DNA of 64,000 bases from Amoebophrya sp. A120 (lineage: Eukaryota > Protista > Dinoflagellata). Every line of letters begins with the position of its first letter. The first letter of the stretch is position 1. This document shows positions 61,885-64,000 of this stretch, one piece after another. Under the pieces are notes generated by a model that saw nothing but the letters and a program-made list of their open reading frames with translations, was not told the origin of the DNA and made no database searches. A program made the position numbers and the translations under genes. The stretch is from contig CAJINV010000006.1 in the NCBI GenBank assembly GCA_905178155.1, forward strand, positions 2,520,658 to 2,584,657, in the 5' to 3' direction.

Positions 61885-63711
61885 AGTCCTTATATTATTT
61901 TTATTTGGGAAATTTCTTTATGGGCGATAAGATTAAGGATGAGTAGAAATGCAGTTTCTTTTACATGTAGTTGACGTGAAGAAGTGGTGTGTAGAAACTC
62001 GTTAGGGGGAATGCGGATGTGGTGACGCAAAAATACTTATGAATCGAAACTACAAAAGGAGCTGAGATAGGGACTTTGAGGGGAATGGAAGCGCATGGTG
62101 GTATGGCTCCTTCTCATTCTCTGGCTGTTTTTTTACTAAAAAAGTGTTAGTCTGGAACAGAGTGTACTATATGGTGGGGAAAACTTGAAGATGAACTTGG
62201 TGCTTGTATACAACACTTGAGTAAAAGACCTGATCTAGTACAACGATGAAGGCGGGAATTACAACTTCCACGAAACAAAGCCTGGTGGATGAAACACGAC
62301 ATACCATTTAGAGAATCAATCACGATTTGAGCGTGTAGTTGACAGTCAGAACTTACTAGAACCGGGATGAAAAGAACGTCGACCTGCTGGTGCAACTGCT
62401 TGAGCTCGGAATGCGACGCACGGAGTTCACAATCAAGAAGAAACAATAGAAGAACGAATCAGTGTAGAATTATGACCAGGAACGATCACGATGCGATTTT
62501 TTTGGAACGACACAAACTTGCACGAAGGGGAGTGGTGACGACAGCTGAAATACGAAATACTTTATTGTTCTGTTCTTGAACGAAAATGAAAGAAACGGGT
62601 CTGAATTCTTCTGTATCTGTCTGTAGTGTTTGACGACGAAATCGTTTCAAAGTAGCATCCACGAACAGCACTCTTGCTACGCTAGAGAAGTGGTCAACAT
62701 CTTCTACTGTGCTACTAGCTAGCACGTTGACCACGACATTACAGTGCTTTTAATATTCGCCCGGTTTTCATTTTCAACAAAATCGAACTTTGCGATGTAT
62801 CGGCACAGTACTTCTTCTACACAGAGGATAGATTTTATTTCCTCAAATTCTGTACCACACAAGAAAAATATTCCGTATCACAATATCTGGGGTCCTCGTT
62901 GTAAGCAAGCAACCAGCCGCCCCTCGGAAACTGTAGCTAGGGTTCTTATTTGTCAAAGCAACAGACTCTGCATGAGTATAATCTTCAAGGTACTACGTAC
63001 GTACGTGCCGGAATTCTTATCTAGCCTATCTCAAAGCGCAGCCTCGTAAGTAGTAGATCACGGACGAAAGTAACTTCAGCTTGGAGTCTAATTTATGCCC
63101 GGTGGTCTTGCTGCGCTTGATATGCGAAGGATTCAGCATCAAAAAATCTCGCTTGTCTCCAAAGGAAAGCATACACGACTGGTCCGGCGGTTTTTCCTCC
63201 CTTTTTGTTGCTCTGTAATCAGTGCAGCTCCTGCGATCAAAACTGTTGTATATCCTTCTTCTAAATAACGGGCTTTATCCGTATACTCCCCGCTGTCTTG
63301 ACCAGACCGCCCCTTCTTTCGTTAAAAGCCTACCAAAATTTGCTGTGTGACCGGCTACTATCATTCGCACAAGCCTTGTGTTTTCCCAAACAAAAGTGAA
63401 GATCCTAGGCAGGGGGTCAGTGCTCTCCTAGGTCTAGCGCACCAGAATTAGGTGGCATGCATCAATATTCTGACAAAAATCCGAATAGAAATTGCGAGTT
63501 TAATTGGTACAAGAAAAGTTGTGTTGTGGTTTGTGCCTATTTATTTTCCCTTCTCGTAGGGGTAGGGCACAAAAAATGACATACGTGAAAACGCAAGTTG
63601 TTGTGTGGTTGAGGTTGACATGACAAGCACAAGGATATAATTGTTGTTTTTAATGCAGGAAAAAAAAAAGTGAGTTTCTAACACACAGGTATCATCCTAG
63701 GTAATTTTCGT

Positions 63712-64000
63712 TCAGTGCTGAAACTCCGGCGGGATAAAGCCACCATCAATCGGCGGTACGCCCATCGGATTCATCATCCCAGTTATCGTACGAAAAAAGT
63801 GTTTCACAACTGCGAGGATAATTTTGCAGCTTTTGCATCACAAGTTTGTTCTACACGACAGAGAAAATTCGCCATGCGAGGTTCCTAAGGTAAAACTACA
63901 CTGCCAAAAATGAAAATCCTCCGTTGTCTTGTTACATGTGTAGCATGACAAAGAACACTTCTGCGATGCATTTTCTGCATCACAAGTTTACAGCGAAACA
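63712..64000 (-). CDS. Probable last exon (63712-~63783) of a gene that starts beyond the window
   Basis: Sequence after the final element reads TGMMNPMGVPPIDGGFIPPEFQH*; frame not verifiable. Confidence 0.3.
63784..64000. mobile_element. Introner-like element, family D, inverted, truncated by window end
   Basis: TATCGTACGAAAAAAGTGTTTCAC...; interior is the reverse complement of 53069-53280. Confidence 0.85.

Noticed and set aside
1-64000. tRNA, rRNA or recognisable snRNA genes
   Set aside because: None recognisable by eye; tRNAscan-SE and Infernal would be needed to exclude divergent copies

Overview
Eukaryotic genomic DNA, most likely from a syndinian dinoflagellate such as Amoebophrya (inferred from architecture, no database search). 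All ~15 recognisable genes lie on the minus strand: UBC12, a multi-RRM protein, two secreted PAN/apple-domain paralogs, a helical-repeat protein, an inositol polyphosphate 5-phosphatase, ENY2/Sus1, a BT1-like transporter, an Ala-rich paralog cluster and hypotheticals. The ORF track is fragmented because exons are interrupted by ~70 introner-like elements of 144-378 bp (roughly a quarter of the window) from at least 12 terminal-repeat families. Almost all read TAT...ATA, carry terminal inverted repeats (TIRs) and an internal array of GCAT(G/C/T)ACAA / TTGT(C/G/A)ATGC motifs, and are flanked by a 5-bp direct repeat (DR). Wherever I tested it by hand, deleting the element plus 5 nt restores the reading frame without needing GT-AG, so they behave as non-canonical introns. 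A few ordinary GT-AG introns coexist. Two element-free GC-rich islands (7.5-11.6 kb, 19.4-21.3 kb) look like eroded tandem units, and the first carries a block-conserved ~400-bp segment. Coordinates were read by eye, and all splice models need RNA-seq confirmation.
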